From: a virus
Lineage: Duplodnaviria; Caudoviricetes
DNA: 64,000 nucleotides
IMG/VR virus record: IMGVR_UViG_2728369134_000004
Location: 15,310 to 79,309 of that record
Strand: one strand, 5' to 3'
Shown here: piece by piece, positions 18,515 through 27,385 of the stretch
Layout: the number at the start of each line of letters is the position of its first letter
Position numbering within the stretch: the stretch's first letter is position 1
Position numbers and translations under genes: made by a program
Notes under the pieces: generated by a model
What the model saw: only the letters and a program-made list of their open reading frames with translations
Told to the model about the DNA's origin: nothing
The model's database searches: none

Positions 18515-19204
18515 CTAGCTGATTTGTTTCTTTTTGTATTTCCTTGGTGGTTTTGTTGCTGCCTCGTACGGATCCATCTTCCTTTTTACCCTTTGATAAA
18601 ACGCTTTACTATTAATTCCGTTCGCTTCTGCTAAAGGAATGTATCTCTCAAACCCCTTTGGCTTTGTCGCTGCTTCGTATGGTGTCATTCCTTCTTTTCG
18701 GCGGCGATAGTATGTCGAATCGCTTATCCCATTACTTCTGGCTAATTTCAGCATTTTCACATTCTTTTCTTTCCCTTCATAACTCGTACCAACTGGTGAA
18801 GTAATTGCGCGTTCCATCGTCCATCCATGACGTAATCTTTGGTCAAGCAACTTTTCACTCACTCCAATTGAAACAGCTTGTTTAATTTCCTCTTTGGATG
18901 GTTTTTGATAGTTTATTTTTCGATATACAGTCGCTGGGATTGTTGCTGCCTCTTCTGGTGTCCATTTCCGACGTTTCCCATATAGAATCCTCGATCTGAA
19001 TGTTTTGTAATCAATTCCATTCTTCTTTGCTAACTCAACGTACTTTCGATACTTTCTTGCGAATTCGCCACTCAATGGTTCTGTAATTGCCTGCTCAACT
19101 GTTTTCTTTCCTTTTTTAATTCGTTGATTTACAGTCTGCCTACTAATACCATTCTGTTCCGCTATTTTATATTGCACTTCCGTTGGTTTCTCCTTACTTT
19201 CCAT
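18515..19204 (-). CDS. Mini-HTH repeat protein (5 repeats; PVL-ORF50-like)
   Basis: A..NGI...T...R....W..E.A.T.P repeats. Confidence 0.75.
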   Translation of the reverse strand: MESKEKPTEVQYKIAEQNGISRQTVNQRIKKGKKTVEQAITEPLSGEFARKYRKYVELAKKNGIDYKTFRSRILYGKRRKWTPEEAATIPATVYRKINYQKPSKEEIKQAVSIGVSEKLLDQRLRHGWTMERAITSPVGTSYEGKEKNVKMLKLARSNGISDSTYYRRRKEGMTPYEAATKPKGFERYIPLAEANGINSKAFYQRVKRKMDPYEAATKPPRKYKKKQIS

Positions 19205-19574
19205 TCCTTGTCACCTTCTTTTTCCTTACCCTTGACGATATTTCTGCTGCTTCTTTTTTAGTCAATCTTGGGACTGTCGCAGCTTCAATTGGTTCCCAAA
19301 AAGATTCTTTAATACGTTGGCGAAATAACCGATATCCAATTCCGTTTTCCACCGCTATTGCTAGTTCTTTCTTGTACTTTTTCGTAAATGATTCATTCAC
19401 AGGTCGTGTGATAGCTTTTAATATGTTCCAACCTCGTATAATCCTCTGATCTACGTTGCATTTGCTAATACCATTGTTCTTAGCAATTTCATATTGTTCC
19501 CAAGTTGGAACTGGAAGGTAATTATTCTCCGTGCTTGCATATTCTTCTTCGGCATACCACCGATCTAAATCCAT
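19194..19574 (-). CDS. Mini-HTH repeat protein (2 repeats)
   Basis: Same repeat. Confidence 0.75.
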   Translation of the reverse strand: MDLDRWYAEEEYASTENNYLPVPTWEQYEIAKNNGISKCNVDQRIIRGWNILKAITRPVNESFTKKYKKELAIAVENGIGYRLFRQRIKESFWEPIEAATVPRLTKKEAAEISSRVRKKKVTRNGK

Positions 19575-19576
19575 TT

Positions 19577-20038
19577 TCAGATTGCCTCCTTCTTAGCTCT
19601 ATGTTTAATATTAGGCGGAGTCGTTATAGCGCGTTCTATCTCCCATTTAAGTACAAAGACTCTAGTTCTTACTGTTCGTTTTCCAATGCCGTTATTTAGT
19701 GCTATGCGGTATTGTGACGGCGTTATGATATCTGTTTTGGAGTGTGCTCTTTTCGTGCATTCTATTGGCGATAAAACTGGCGTCGTTGCCGCATCATCAG
19801 GATTCCAGTTGTAACGTTTAATCCTGGAGAAGAACGTATCATATGAGATACCATTTTGTTGTGCCAATTCCCATTGTTTTGCATACAGTTTTTTTAAACT
19901 AACGAATAAAGGCTTACTAATTGCGTCCTTTACAGTCCAACCATAAACATTAATCCGCTGATCTACCGTACACTTCTTTATTCCGTTACGTTTTGCGATT
20001 TCATATTCTTCCCAAGTAGGAACAGGACTATATTCCAT
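19577..20038 (-). CDS. Mini-HTH repeat protein (3 repeats)
   Basis: Same repeat. Confidence 0.75.
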   Translation of the reverse strand: MEYSPVPTWEEYEIAKRNGIKKCTVDQRINVYGWTVKDAISKPLFVSLKKLYAKQWELAQQNGISYDTFFSRIKRYNWNPDDAATTPVLSPIECTKRAHSKTDIITPSQYRIALNNGIGKRTVRTRVFVLKWEIERAITTPPNIKHRAKKEAI

Positions 20039-20063
20039 AAAGTTTCACCTTCCTCACTTTAAA

Positions 20064-20489
20064 TTAGTTACAACAACGTCTCCCGGTTTCTATTGGCGGA
20101 ACAGTAGCTGCCAATTCTATATCCCACTTATAATTACGTATCCGTGAGTGAAATGTTTGATAGTTAATTCCATTTGCTTCAGCTAACTTAGCCATTTCTT
20201 TAATAAATTCAGATGGCTTTTTAACTGGTTTCGTGGCTGCTTCTTCTGGAGTAAACCCTAAATTAATTCGGCTATAAAATGTGTTGGGATTCATTCCGTT
20301 TTTCACTGCGATTTCTAGCCAGATTTCAGATTGGCTTTTTTTAGAAGCGCGTTTCTTTCCTGGTGGGGTTGTTACGGCCTCTACAACATCCCAAGCGCAG
20401 TTGTAAACACGATTTCTTAAAGTATTCTTATTTATTCCGTTTTCTTCAGCTCGTTGATAATCAGATTGACTTAAAATCCCCTTTTTCAT
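20064..20489 (-). CDS. Mini-HTH repeat protein (3 repeats)
   Basis: Same repeat. Confidence 0.75.
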   Translation of the reverse strand: MKKGILSQSDYQRAEENGINKNTLRNRVYNCAWDVVEAVTTPPGKKRASKKSQSEIWLEIAVKNGMNPNTFYSRINLGFTPEEAATKPVKKPSEFIKEMAKLAEANGINYQTFHSRIRNYKWDIELAATVPPIETGRRCCN

Positions 20490-20499
20490 TGCAATCCCC

Positions 20500-20781
20500 C
20501 TAATCTAAATTCATAATCTCTGCTAAAGCCCTTGCGCTTACAACAGTTTTTATAATTTGTATTCTTCCGTGCTTTGCTATGGCATCGCTCTTCGCATCAT
20601 CTTCACTTTTCACTTCAAACCAATCAATTTTCTGCTTATCCTCCTGATCATAGAAGTGAACTTCATACGTAGGCGTTATATCGTTATGGCTGTTATTATG
20701 TAGGAACTTTTCTGAAGTACTAGTGGCTGCATAATCAAAAGTTCCTATGACATCCTCAAACGAAAGTTGACCGCTTTTCAC
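20500..20781 (-). CDS. Hypothetical protein with QLSF beta-clamp-like motif
   Basis: MKSGQLSFED N-terminus. Confidence 0.6.
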   Translation of the reverse strand: MKSGQLSFEDVIGTFDYAATSTSEKFLHNNSHNDITPTYEVHFYDQEDKQKIDWFEVKSEDDAKSDAIAKHGRIQIIKTVVSARALAEIMNLD

Positions 20782-20978
20782 GATGCAATCCCTGATTTCT
20801 CTTCCTGCTGCATACGATGGATTTCCATTATCCTCGCTATAACGGCATGACGCTTTCTATCCACTTCCTCAGGCGTCTGGTTCGCAGCCTGGCAAACGCA
20901 TGGCCCGAATTGATACATACCCATTCCAGTTCCGTTTTGAATTACTCCAGTACCATTACACGCGCACATAATCGTCAT
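20778..20978 (-). CDS. Small Zn-finger protein
   Basis: CACNGTG...PCVC. Confidence 0.6.
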   Translation of the reverse strand: MTIMCACNGTGVIQNGTGMGMYQFGPCVCQAANQTPEEVDRKRHAVIARIMEIHRMQQEEKSGIAS

Positions 20979-21429
20979 CCTTTCTTATTACAACTTCAAT
21001 TCCCCGTTCTGATATTTGGGCTATTGCAAAGGCCATGTTATTTTGACCTGATATTTGTAAGCGTAGTTTGTTGAAGATGTATAGTAATTCTTTGTATGAA
21101 AATTCAATCTTTTTACCTGTTGGCTGTCGCAGTAATTGCCCTTCCTTTTTTTCAAACACATCGATTTTTATACCATTCTTATCTTCCTCTATTTGCTGTT
21201 GTACTTCCCGTATACTCTTGCGGTACCCATAACGCTTGCCAACCTCTTTTATTAGGTCAAACAACGTTTTCATTTCAATCCTTTTAACAGTTGGATCTCC
21301 ATAGCAAATTGAGCAAGCTGTCATTTCCTTCTCTTCAATACGTACCTCGTGTATATCGATGTTATCAATTGCTGCACCGCATATATCGCAATATGGTTTA
21401 GATGGAGCTTGTACATCGTCAAATAACAT
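20956..21429 (-). CDS. Zn-finger hypothetical protein
   Basis: CDIC...CSIC. Confidence 0.65.
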   Translation of the reverse strand: MLFDDVQAPSKPYCDICGAAIDNIDIHEVRIEEKEMTACSICYGDPTVKRIEMKTLFDLIKEVGKRYGYRKSIREVQQQIEEDKNGIKIDVFEKKEGQLLRQPTGKKIEFSYKELLYIFNKLRLQISGQNNMAFAIAQISERGIEVVIRKDDDYVRV

Positions 21430-21444
21430 TTTCCTTCTCCCCTT

Positions 21445-22272
21445 TTACGCTTCTTTGAATCTTTGAAGACGTTGCTTAGCAATCTCTCTTCTGTAGCTTT
21501 CTGCTTTATTTTCAACCGTGAGGCTTGTTTCAACCATTCGATCATAGGAACGCTTTCCTACTTGGTTCTGTAGTTCTTTAGGTTGAAGATTACTTGTATA
21601 TAAGGTAGGAAGCTCTTTTCTATATCGGCCATCTATAATATTGAACAATTTCTCTTCTACCCATTCCGTAGTCTTTTCTGCTCCAATATCATCTAATATA
21701 AGTAAGTCGCATTCTAAAAGTGCTCTCATAATTTGTGTTTCATTTTCTTTGTTTTCACTGTTAAACGTACTACGAATGCGTTGCAATAACTCCGGAACGC
21801 TTTGAAATACAACGATATATCCTTTTTTCGAAAGTTCATTTACAATTGCTGCAGCTAGGTGAGTTTTACCGTTCCCAGGATCTCCCCAAATCATTAATGA
21901 TTCGCCATTCCATTCTTTAAATGTTTTTACATACTTCATCGCTATTTTGTAAGCAGTCTCGGATCCATTTCTATCTAGAAAGGATTCAAAAGTACTTTTC
22001 GAGAATCTTTCTCCTAAATTACTGATACTAAACAACTTTTCTATTTCTCGTTTCTTAGCAAAGTTTTGAGCTTCACGTATTTTTGCTTCTTCACGTTCCA
22101 CAACACATTCACAAGTAGGAAGGATTTTATTTTTAATACGTAGTTGTGGCACTTCAACAGTTATTGCTGCAATGTATTTATTGCAATGCTCACATGTATA
22201 TCCTTCTGTTTCTTCATTACAAGCCGATGTATTCACTATCCGAGTCATTACTCTTCCGATCGATTCCGACAC
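21445..22272 (-). CDS. DnaC/IstB-like helicase loader ATPase
   Basis: GDPGNGKT Walker A, LLILDDIG Walker B, TSN; N-terminal Zn finger. Confidence 0.93.
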   Translation of the reverse strand: MSESIGRVMTRIVNTSACNEETEGYTCEHCNKYIAAITVEVPQLRIKNKILPTCECVVEREEAKIREAQNFAKKREIEKLFSISNLGERFSKSTFESFLDRNGSETAYKIAMKYVKTFKEWNGESLMIWGDPGNGKTHLAAAIVNELSKKGYIVVFQSVPELLQRIRSTFNSENKENETQIMRALLECDLLILDDIGAEKTTEWVEEKLFNIIDGRYRKELPTLYTSNLQPKELQNQVGKRSYDRMVETSLTVENKAESYRREIAKQRLQRFKEA

Positions 22273-22954
22273 GTTTATTCGCTCCTTTATTTCGTTGATA
22301 TTCAGATTCTAAAGCTTCCACATCATTTAAATTCTTAATGTTTTTGTTAGACCACTGTTTTAAGATACCCTCAGCATAATTCCATTTAGCTTGTTTTTTT
22401 AATGCACGTTCCATAGCAGCTATAACCAGTTCTTCGCTTGTATCTTTAATCCACTGTTCTATGCTATCTGCCATGAATGGATTTAAAATTCCAATGTTAC
22501 TTTCATAGAATGAGAATGGATTCTTATTACTATTACTTTTTGTTAAATTAGTATTGTTAAGATTAGTATTGTTAGTGTTTCCCTCAGACACTACCCCTAG
22601 TTTCTGTGAGACACTACCATGGTTTCCCTCAGACACTACTAGTTTCTGTGAGACACTAGGGGTAGGAAGAACATAATAGATATTTGATAAGTTATTACCT
22701 TGGTCATCTTTCCTATTAACCTTTTGGATGTATCCTTTTTCCTCTAAGGATTTAATACATTCTATTATTTTCTTTCTTCCACACCCAACTTTCTCAGTTA
22801 AAGTCGTCAAGGAAGGGAATGCTGATTGTGTATCACGATTCGCGTACCTGACAACAACTGCGTATGTTTTAAATTCATAAACATTTAAATCACAATTATC
22901 AATTGCATCATTTTCTAGGATGAAAAAACCACGTCTTTTATCAATAAAATTCAT
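22217..22954 (-). CDS. Phage replication initiator (N-terminal HTH plus DnaD domain)
   Basis: AFPSLTTL HTH; WNYAEGILKQW DnaD motif; internal iterons. Confidence 0.9.
   Translation of the reverse strand: MNFIDKRRGFFILENDAIDNCDLNVYEFKTYAVVVRYANRDTQSAFPSLTTLTEKVGCGRKKIIECIKSLEEKGYIQKVNRKDDQGNNLSNIYYVLPTPSVSQKLVVSEGNHGSVSQKLGVVSEGNTNNTNLNNTNLTKSNSNKNPFSFYESNIGILNPFMADSIEQWIKDTSEELVIAAMERALKKQAKWNYAEGILKQWSNKNIKNLNDVEALESEYQRNKGANKRVGIDRKSNDSDSEYIGL
22577..22658. repeat. Iterons of the lytic replication origin
   Basis: Four AGACACTA cores alternating GTTTCCCTCAGACACTAC and GTTTCTGTGAGACACTA, next to an AT-rich tract (~22520-22575). Confidence 0.8.
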
Positions 22955-23212
22955 TCAATCCACCTTCTTTATCATCAAAAACGAATACTCTGTTTCAATT
23001 TCGTATCCAGATAGTTTGTACTTTCCTTTTCCAAAGTTTTTGTTCATATCATATTTATAATCTTTCCAAATACTTTTACGAACTTGGTATGGCCTTACAT
23101 GATCGTAACCACGTTTTTCTAAATCACGAACTCTCCTTAATAACTTCCCTAAATGTGGGCCTTTCAAATGTATAGGTTTATTAACCTCATCGTTCCAAGC
23201 CATTTCATACAC
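22955..23212 (-). CDS. Hypothetical protein
   Basis: Operon packing. Confidence 0.55.
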   Translation of the reverse strand: MYEMAWNDEVNKPIHLKGPHLGKLLRRVRDLEKRGYDHVRPYQVRKSIWKDYKYDMNKNFGKGKYKLSGYEIETEYSFLMIKKVD

Positions 23213-23381
23213 TCTCCCTTTGGCATACCGCTATATCACCTTGAATTTCAATTATTTTGTATCCTGGATAGCGGTCATGAGTAATGTACTTAATCGCCCT
23301 CAATTTCGCTTCTTTTTCGTTTTTCACGCCCTCCCATACCCATGAAGGAAGGACGACTTTCGATTGATTTTTATCTAACAT
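23205..23381 (-). CDS. Small hypothetical protein (58 aa)
   Basis: MLDKNQSKVVLPSWVWEG...RYPGYKIIEIQGDIAVCQRESV; AAGGAG RBS. Confidence 0.6.
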   Translation of the reverse strand: MLDKNQSKVVLPSWVWEGVKNEKEAKLRAIKYITHDRYPGYKIIEIQGDIAVCQRESV

Positions 23382-23397
23382 AGGCTTTCACTCCTTA

Positions 23398-23492
23398 TTT
23401 ACTTAGAAGAAACGACTGTGATATAATAGAGGTACATAATAATCTGTTGTTTCTCAAACCATTCGATTAGGCGTAGTCGAATGGTTTTTATT
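23398..23492 (+). ncRNA. Putative antisense sRNA
   Basis: TTTACT-N18-TATAAT with TG; AAACCATTCGATTA/TAGTCGAATGGTTT terminator. Confidence 0.45.
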
Positions 23493-23586
23493 TTGTTTTG
23501 ATGCTGTACGCATCATCATGACCAGAAACGAGGTGGAGGGGAAAGGGTGTCCGCTCCTGATCATGATGACAAGCACAACGCTTGTC

Positions 23587-23724
23587 CTATTTAGCTAGAG
23601 TGATAAACTCCTTATGCATTTCCCAAATCTTATATGCACTTCTATGTAACCCTTTATCTTTTAAATCACGTATCATTTTGATGATGTTTGCTTTCTCTTC
23701 TTTGTCCCGCTGCTGTCTATCCAT
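23587..23724 (-). CDS. Small hypothetical protein (45 aa)
   Basis: MDRQQRDKEEKANIIKMIRDLKDKG... Confidence 0.5.
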   Translation of the reverse strand: MDRQQRDKEEKANIIKMIRDLKDKGLHRSAYKIWEMHKEFITLAK

Positions 23725-23840
23725 CACTTTTCATCCTTCATAAACCTTTTATCTATCCAATCCATCAGACGAATGAATCCTGCGGTCAAAATGACAATTA
23801 CCAGTATCATAAAATGTGAGAATGTGCTTTCTTCCATCAT
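23724..23840 (-). CDS. Small membrane protein (38 aa)
   Basis: MMEESTFSHFMILVIVILTAGFIRL...; GGAGG RBS. Confidence 0.5.
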   Translation of the reverse strand: MMEESTFSHFMILVIVILTAGFIRLMDWIDKRFMKDEK

Positions 23841-23852
23841 TTACATTGCCTC

Positions 23853-24494
23853 CTAGTCAATAATTTTTAAGTATCTTGGTCTAGGTTGTTTAACTACCGA
23901 TGTTTGTCCTGTCTCGTTATCTATTAGTATTTTTTTGTTACCAGTTTCGCACATAGTGTAGGTTTTCAGATCAGGGAAGACTTCTTCCGTAAGTCCCTTA
24001 CCTGTTTCTTTTCTTTTAATTTCGCTCATGGTTGTGAATGAAGTGACGCAAAATTCAAAGATGTCATTCCAATCATGGTAATTAAACAAGAACTCCGAAA
24101 CAGATTCTCCGATTTTGGTGTCTATACCAATCTCGTTTATAGCCTCCATTGTGGAGTAATAATCCTTAATGCCAAACTTCTTACCCTTATACTCTTTTGA
24201 TATCGGGAATATAGTCATAAATTCTCTTGGCGTTAACTCACCTATAACTTCTTTTATCCAACTAATAAGCTGAAATTTAGCTATCAATCCTTCATATGAA
24301 TTTATATCTTTTAATTGGTTAACAAACTTAATTCCGTAGTACACTATTTTTCGAATCGTATCTTTATCACACGCCCCTGTTTCAGCGATTTGTTGAGTTC
24401 TGTCATTAGTTACTTTAGTGAAAACTCTGCTATAAATAGCGCAGTAATCAATTTCTTTCTTTTTAATTCCAGCTATAACTCGAAATTTTCCCAT
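23853..24494 (-). CDS. Hypothetical phage protein
   Basis: 213 aa, RBS. Confidence 0.7.
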   Translation of the reverse strand: MGKFRVIAGIKKKEIDYCAIYSRVFTKVTNDRTQQIAETGACDKDTIRKIVYYGIKFVNQLKDINSYEGLIAKFQLISWIKEVIGELTPREFMTIFPISKEYKGKKFGIKDYYSTMEAINEIGIDTKIGESVSEFLFNYHDWNDIFEFCVTSFTTMSEIKRKETGKGLTEEVFPDLKTYTMCETGNKKILIDNETGQTSVVKQPRPRYLKIID

Positions 24495-24528
24495 GCTACT
24501 TCCACCCCCTCTTACATAATTTGTAGAT

Positions 24529-25104
24529 TTACTTACCTCCTTTTTGTGTAAAATTATTTAATTTTTTCCATGTGAGTTCTTTAAGGAGCTGTTTGTGTTT
24601 TTTTACTAAGCAGTTCGGTATATCGTCAATGGATTTCAACCCTAATTGCTGTTTTAAGTAGGACGTTATTTGTCTCATAACTTTAGTTGTGTCTTTCTTA
24701 ATTAAGTCTCGAACAGCTTGTTCTAAGTCATTTTTCGAGCCTTCCATCGCTTCGAATGTGAGTTGTACTTTGTTTCCTACAAATTGTTGCGCTTTTCGAT
24801 GACGATCTTTTTGCAAATCATCACGGATTATTTTTGAAGCTACATTTGATAACTGCGCCTTTGTTAGTCTTTCGTCAAAACTCCCTACAGTTTGGTCTAG
24901 CGTTTCGACTTTTTCTGTGTGCATATCAACTGCCTCGCCAAGCTTCCCTACATCTTGACCTACTTCTTCTAACATGTTGCTTTGACTCGCGAATTGCGTT
25001 TGTACCAACGCAAATAACTTTTCAATCATTGCATCGTTGCTTCTCTTAATAACTAAATCCCCTGATTCGTTAAGCGTGATTGGTAATTGTCTAATTGGAT
25101 CCAT
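24529..25104 (-). CDS. Coiled-coil protein, possible ORF6C-like antirepressor C-terminus
   Basis: Position after cro; YLKQQLGLKSIDDIP pattern. Confidence 0.5.
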   Translation of the reverse strand: MDPIRQLPITLNESGDLVIKRSNDAMIEKLFALVQTQFASQSNMLEEVGQDVGKLGEAVDMHTEKVETLDQTVGSFDERLTKAQLSNVASKIIRDDLQKDRHRKAQQFVGNKVQLTFEAMEGSKNDLEQAVRDLIKKDTTKVMRQITSYLKQQLGLKSIDDIPNCLVKKHKQLLKELTWKKLNNFTQKGGK

Positions 25105-25118
25105 TTTTATTCCTCCAG

Positions 25119-26042
25119 TTAATTAATTTTTCTGCCTGTTTGAGCGATTTTTAAATCATTTATGAACTCTTGAAAGGCTTGAATACGCGAATTAAGTAAA
25201 TCTTTAGTAGCATCACTCGAATTCGCTATTGAACCCCTCATAAGAGAAGAAACCACTGCATCTTTTAAGAACTTGTCCATGTATGCAATAAGGTTATGAA
25301 CGTTCTTATTGGAAATATAATTCATTGACTTTTCTTCTTTTTCCATGTCGTTTGCATCTTTAGATAATGCATCAGCTTTTTGTTTGTAGAAATCAGCGTT
25401 GTCTTTATACTCTTGATTCTCTTCTTTTAACCTTTCAATCTCGTTAAGAAGGTCATCCGGAACAACTGGTACTTCTTTTACTATCTCTTTTTCAACAACT
25501 TGAGGTTCTTGATTATGTACGTTTTCTAGTTGTTTCATTGCGACTTGCTCTGATTTTCTTGCTTGTTCTAATTCCCTTTGTGATTCTTGTATTTTGTGCT
25601 CTGCTTGTTCTAAGAGCTTGTCCTTTTCTTTAAGGGACTTTTTCACTTCCCGAAGCTCACGAACCGTCATTTCATCGACTGTTTTTTGTTCCCCTGTTGA
25701 TGGAATGGTATGTGGTTGTTCGATGAATTGTTGGCGATCTATTTCTTGTGGAAGTGATAACATTTCAAAAATTTTATTTGGCGCTAAATTCCACGACGTC
25801 GTGGAATTTTCGAATTGTTCGTAAGCGCGCATGAATCTCCTTGCTTGTTCTTGCGAAAAATCCAGTTGATTCTCGCACCATCTACCAAATTCACCATGCA
25901 TCAAATCATTTTCTTTCGCATGTTTTAATCGCTTTCCAATTTCAAATATCGACTGTCCTGCAATTTGTTGATAGCTTTTTATTTCTGCTGTAATGACGTT
26001 GATGTCGTTTGATAAGTTCATCACTTCATTCATTCGTTTCAC
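25119..26042 (-). CDS. DUF3102-domain protein
   Basis: [13 protein letters not shown]...HGEFGRW...A.RFM motif. Confidence 0.8.
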   Translation of the reverse strand: MKRMNEVMNLSNDINVITAEIKSYQQIAGQSIFEIGKRLKHAKENDLMHGEFGRWCENQLDFSQEQARRFMRAYEQFENSTTSWNLAPNKIFEMLSLPQEIDRQQFIEQPHTIPSTGEQKTVDEMTVRELREVKKSLKEKDKLLEQAEHKIQESQRELEQARKSEQVAMKQLENVHNQEPQVVEKEIVKEVPVVPDDLLNEIERLKEENQEYKDNADFYKQKADALSKDANDMEKEEKSMNYISNKNVHNLIAYMDKFLKDAVVSSLMRGSIANSSDATKDLLNSRIQAFQEFINDLKIAQTGRKIN

Positions 26043-26077
26043 CTACTTTCTCGTTTAAAACTTGTAATTGATCCATT

Positions 26078-26317
26078 TTATTTCCCCTCCGTTCTTGATG
26101 TTGTCATTTCGACAACATTTTGAGCAAAAAAAAGTTCATCTATTGATACTCCAAGTGCATTTGCTAGGGTAGGTATCTTTTCAGCATCTAATCTTCTCTT
26201 TCCGTTTTCTATGAAAGAAATAGCTGAAGCGTGGCTGAAGTCAAGCTTCTTAGCTAATTTTTCTTGAGTAATATTCTTTTGCTTGCGAATATCTCGAACT
26301 CTGCTTCCGAAAGTCAT
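26078..26317 (-). CDS. Cro-like XRE HTH regulator
   Basis: TQEKLA...AISFIENG; divergent from the repressor. Confidence 0.88.
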   Translation of the reverse strand: MTFGSRVRDIRKQKNITQEKLAKKLDFSHASAISFIENGKRRLDAEKIPTLANALGVSIDELFFAQNVVEMTTSRTEGK

Positions 26318-26336
26318 ATCCGCTTCACCTCCTGTC

Positions 26337-26456
26337 GTTGTCGTTTTGACAACTTCTTGATTTCATTATAGGTTGTCATTTCGTAAATGTAAACCCCGTT
26401 TTGTCATTTTGTTAAAAATATTTTTACAGATAGTGAAAAGTTGTCAAAAAGTATAT
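26337..26456. promoter_or_regulatory. CI/Cro operator region
   Basis: Palindrome GTTGTCGTTTTGACAAC (26337-26353) plus TTGTCA half sites near 26372, 26400 and 26440. Confidence 0.7.
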
Positions 26457-26544
26457 ATACTGTAATTAAAGAACAATGCTTTGCAATGCAAAACATTGCA
26501 AACTACACAATGGGATCTTATTTATAAAGGGGAATAATAAAATT

Positions 26545-26889
26545 ATGAACTTAAACGAAAGATTGAAAGCGTGTCGCGAAAAGAAAGGTTACACACAGAC
26601 TTTCATCTCAGAAAAATTAGACGTGAACAAAGCCACTTTATCTAGTTACGAATCAGGAAGACGTAAACCTGACTACGAGACATTAACTAAACTAGCAGAC
26701 ATATACGAGGTTTCAGTTGATTACTTATTAGGAAGATCAATACATCAAAAATTAACAGTAAAAGAAACAGAAGAGATCAGTAAAGAGACTAACGAATGGA
26801 TGAAACTAATCAACCAACTATCAGAGGACAACAAAGAGTTATTTAAATCAACAATTCAAAGCTTTATATCTAAAAATAAAACTCCGTGA
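26545..26889 (+). CDS. CI-like XRE repressor (ImmR/SinR-like)
   Basis: LSSYESGRRKPDYETL...VSVDYLLGR; AAGGGG RBS before MNLNER; no autocleavage domain. Confidence 0.88.
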   Translation: MNLNERLKACREKKGYTQTFISEKLDVNKATLSSYESGRRKPDYETLTKLADIYEVSVDYLLGRSIHQKLTVKETEEISKETNEWMKLINQLSEDNKELFKSTIQSFISKNKTP

Positions 26890-26917
26890 GACTAATAATT
26901 GTCTACGGAGTTTTATT

Positions 26918-27025
26918 TTACTTTTTTTCTGTATTTGATAATTCTAGTAGCATTTCACGTAGATGATCAATGTTTACCCCTTCTGTCTTCTCCATTAATA
27001 ATAATTCAGATACTAAATTCTCCAT
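26918..27025 (-). CDS. Candidate AimX (35 aa)
   Basis: MENLVSELLLMEKTEGVNIDHLREMLLELSNTEKK; GAGGGGG RBS; downstream of aimP and convergent on the repressor. Confidence 0.55.
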   Translation of the reverse strand: MENLVSELLLMEKTEGVNIDHLREMLLELSNTEKK

Positions 27026-27127
27026 AATACGTTGTCCCCCTCGAAATGTTTATGTATCAGCTTTTATAAGACTGTTTTGGAAAGCATTTGACCACATGGT
27101 CGATTCGCTTCCATTCCCCTTAAATTA

Positions 27128-27162
27128 GAAATGACACTATCAACAATTGATAGTGTCATTTC
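27128..27162 (-). terminator. 16-bp perfect hairpin after aimP
   Basis: GAAATGACACTATCAA-CAA-TTGATAGTGTCATTTC. Confidence 0.7.
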
Positions 27163-27198
27163 CTTTATCTATTAAATTCCCGTTGTGTTGCGACAGAA

Positions 27199-27351
27199 TC
27201 AGCCGCCTGTCCCACCGGGATCAGCTTCCATATATAGTACAGGTTGTTCTGATTTAGCAACCTGTTGTGTTTCTTCTGTTTTTACTGCTGTAAAAGAAAA
27301 ACAAGCTACAGCGGCAATCGCTAAAATCGATTTAATGACCTTTAATTTCAA
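27199..27351 (-). CDS. aimP: Arbitrium pro-peptide AimP (50 aa, not in the ORF track)
   Basis: MKLKVIKSILAIAAVACFSFTAVKTEETQQVAKSEQPVLYMEADPGGTGG: signal peptide plus C-terminal DPGG peptide, directly after aimR. Confidence 0.9.
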   Translation of the reverse strand: MKLKVIKSILAIAAVACFSFTAVKTEETQQVAKSEQPVLYMEADPGGTGG

Positions 27352-27385
27352 TCATTTCACCACCTTTATGTATGCCTTCATTATA

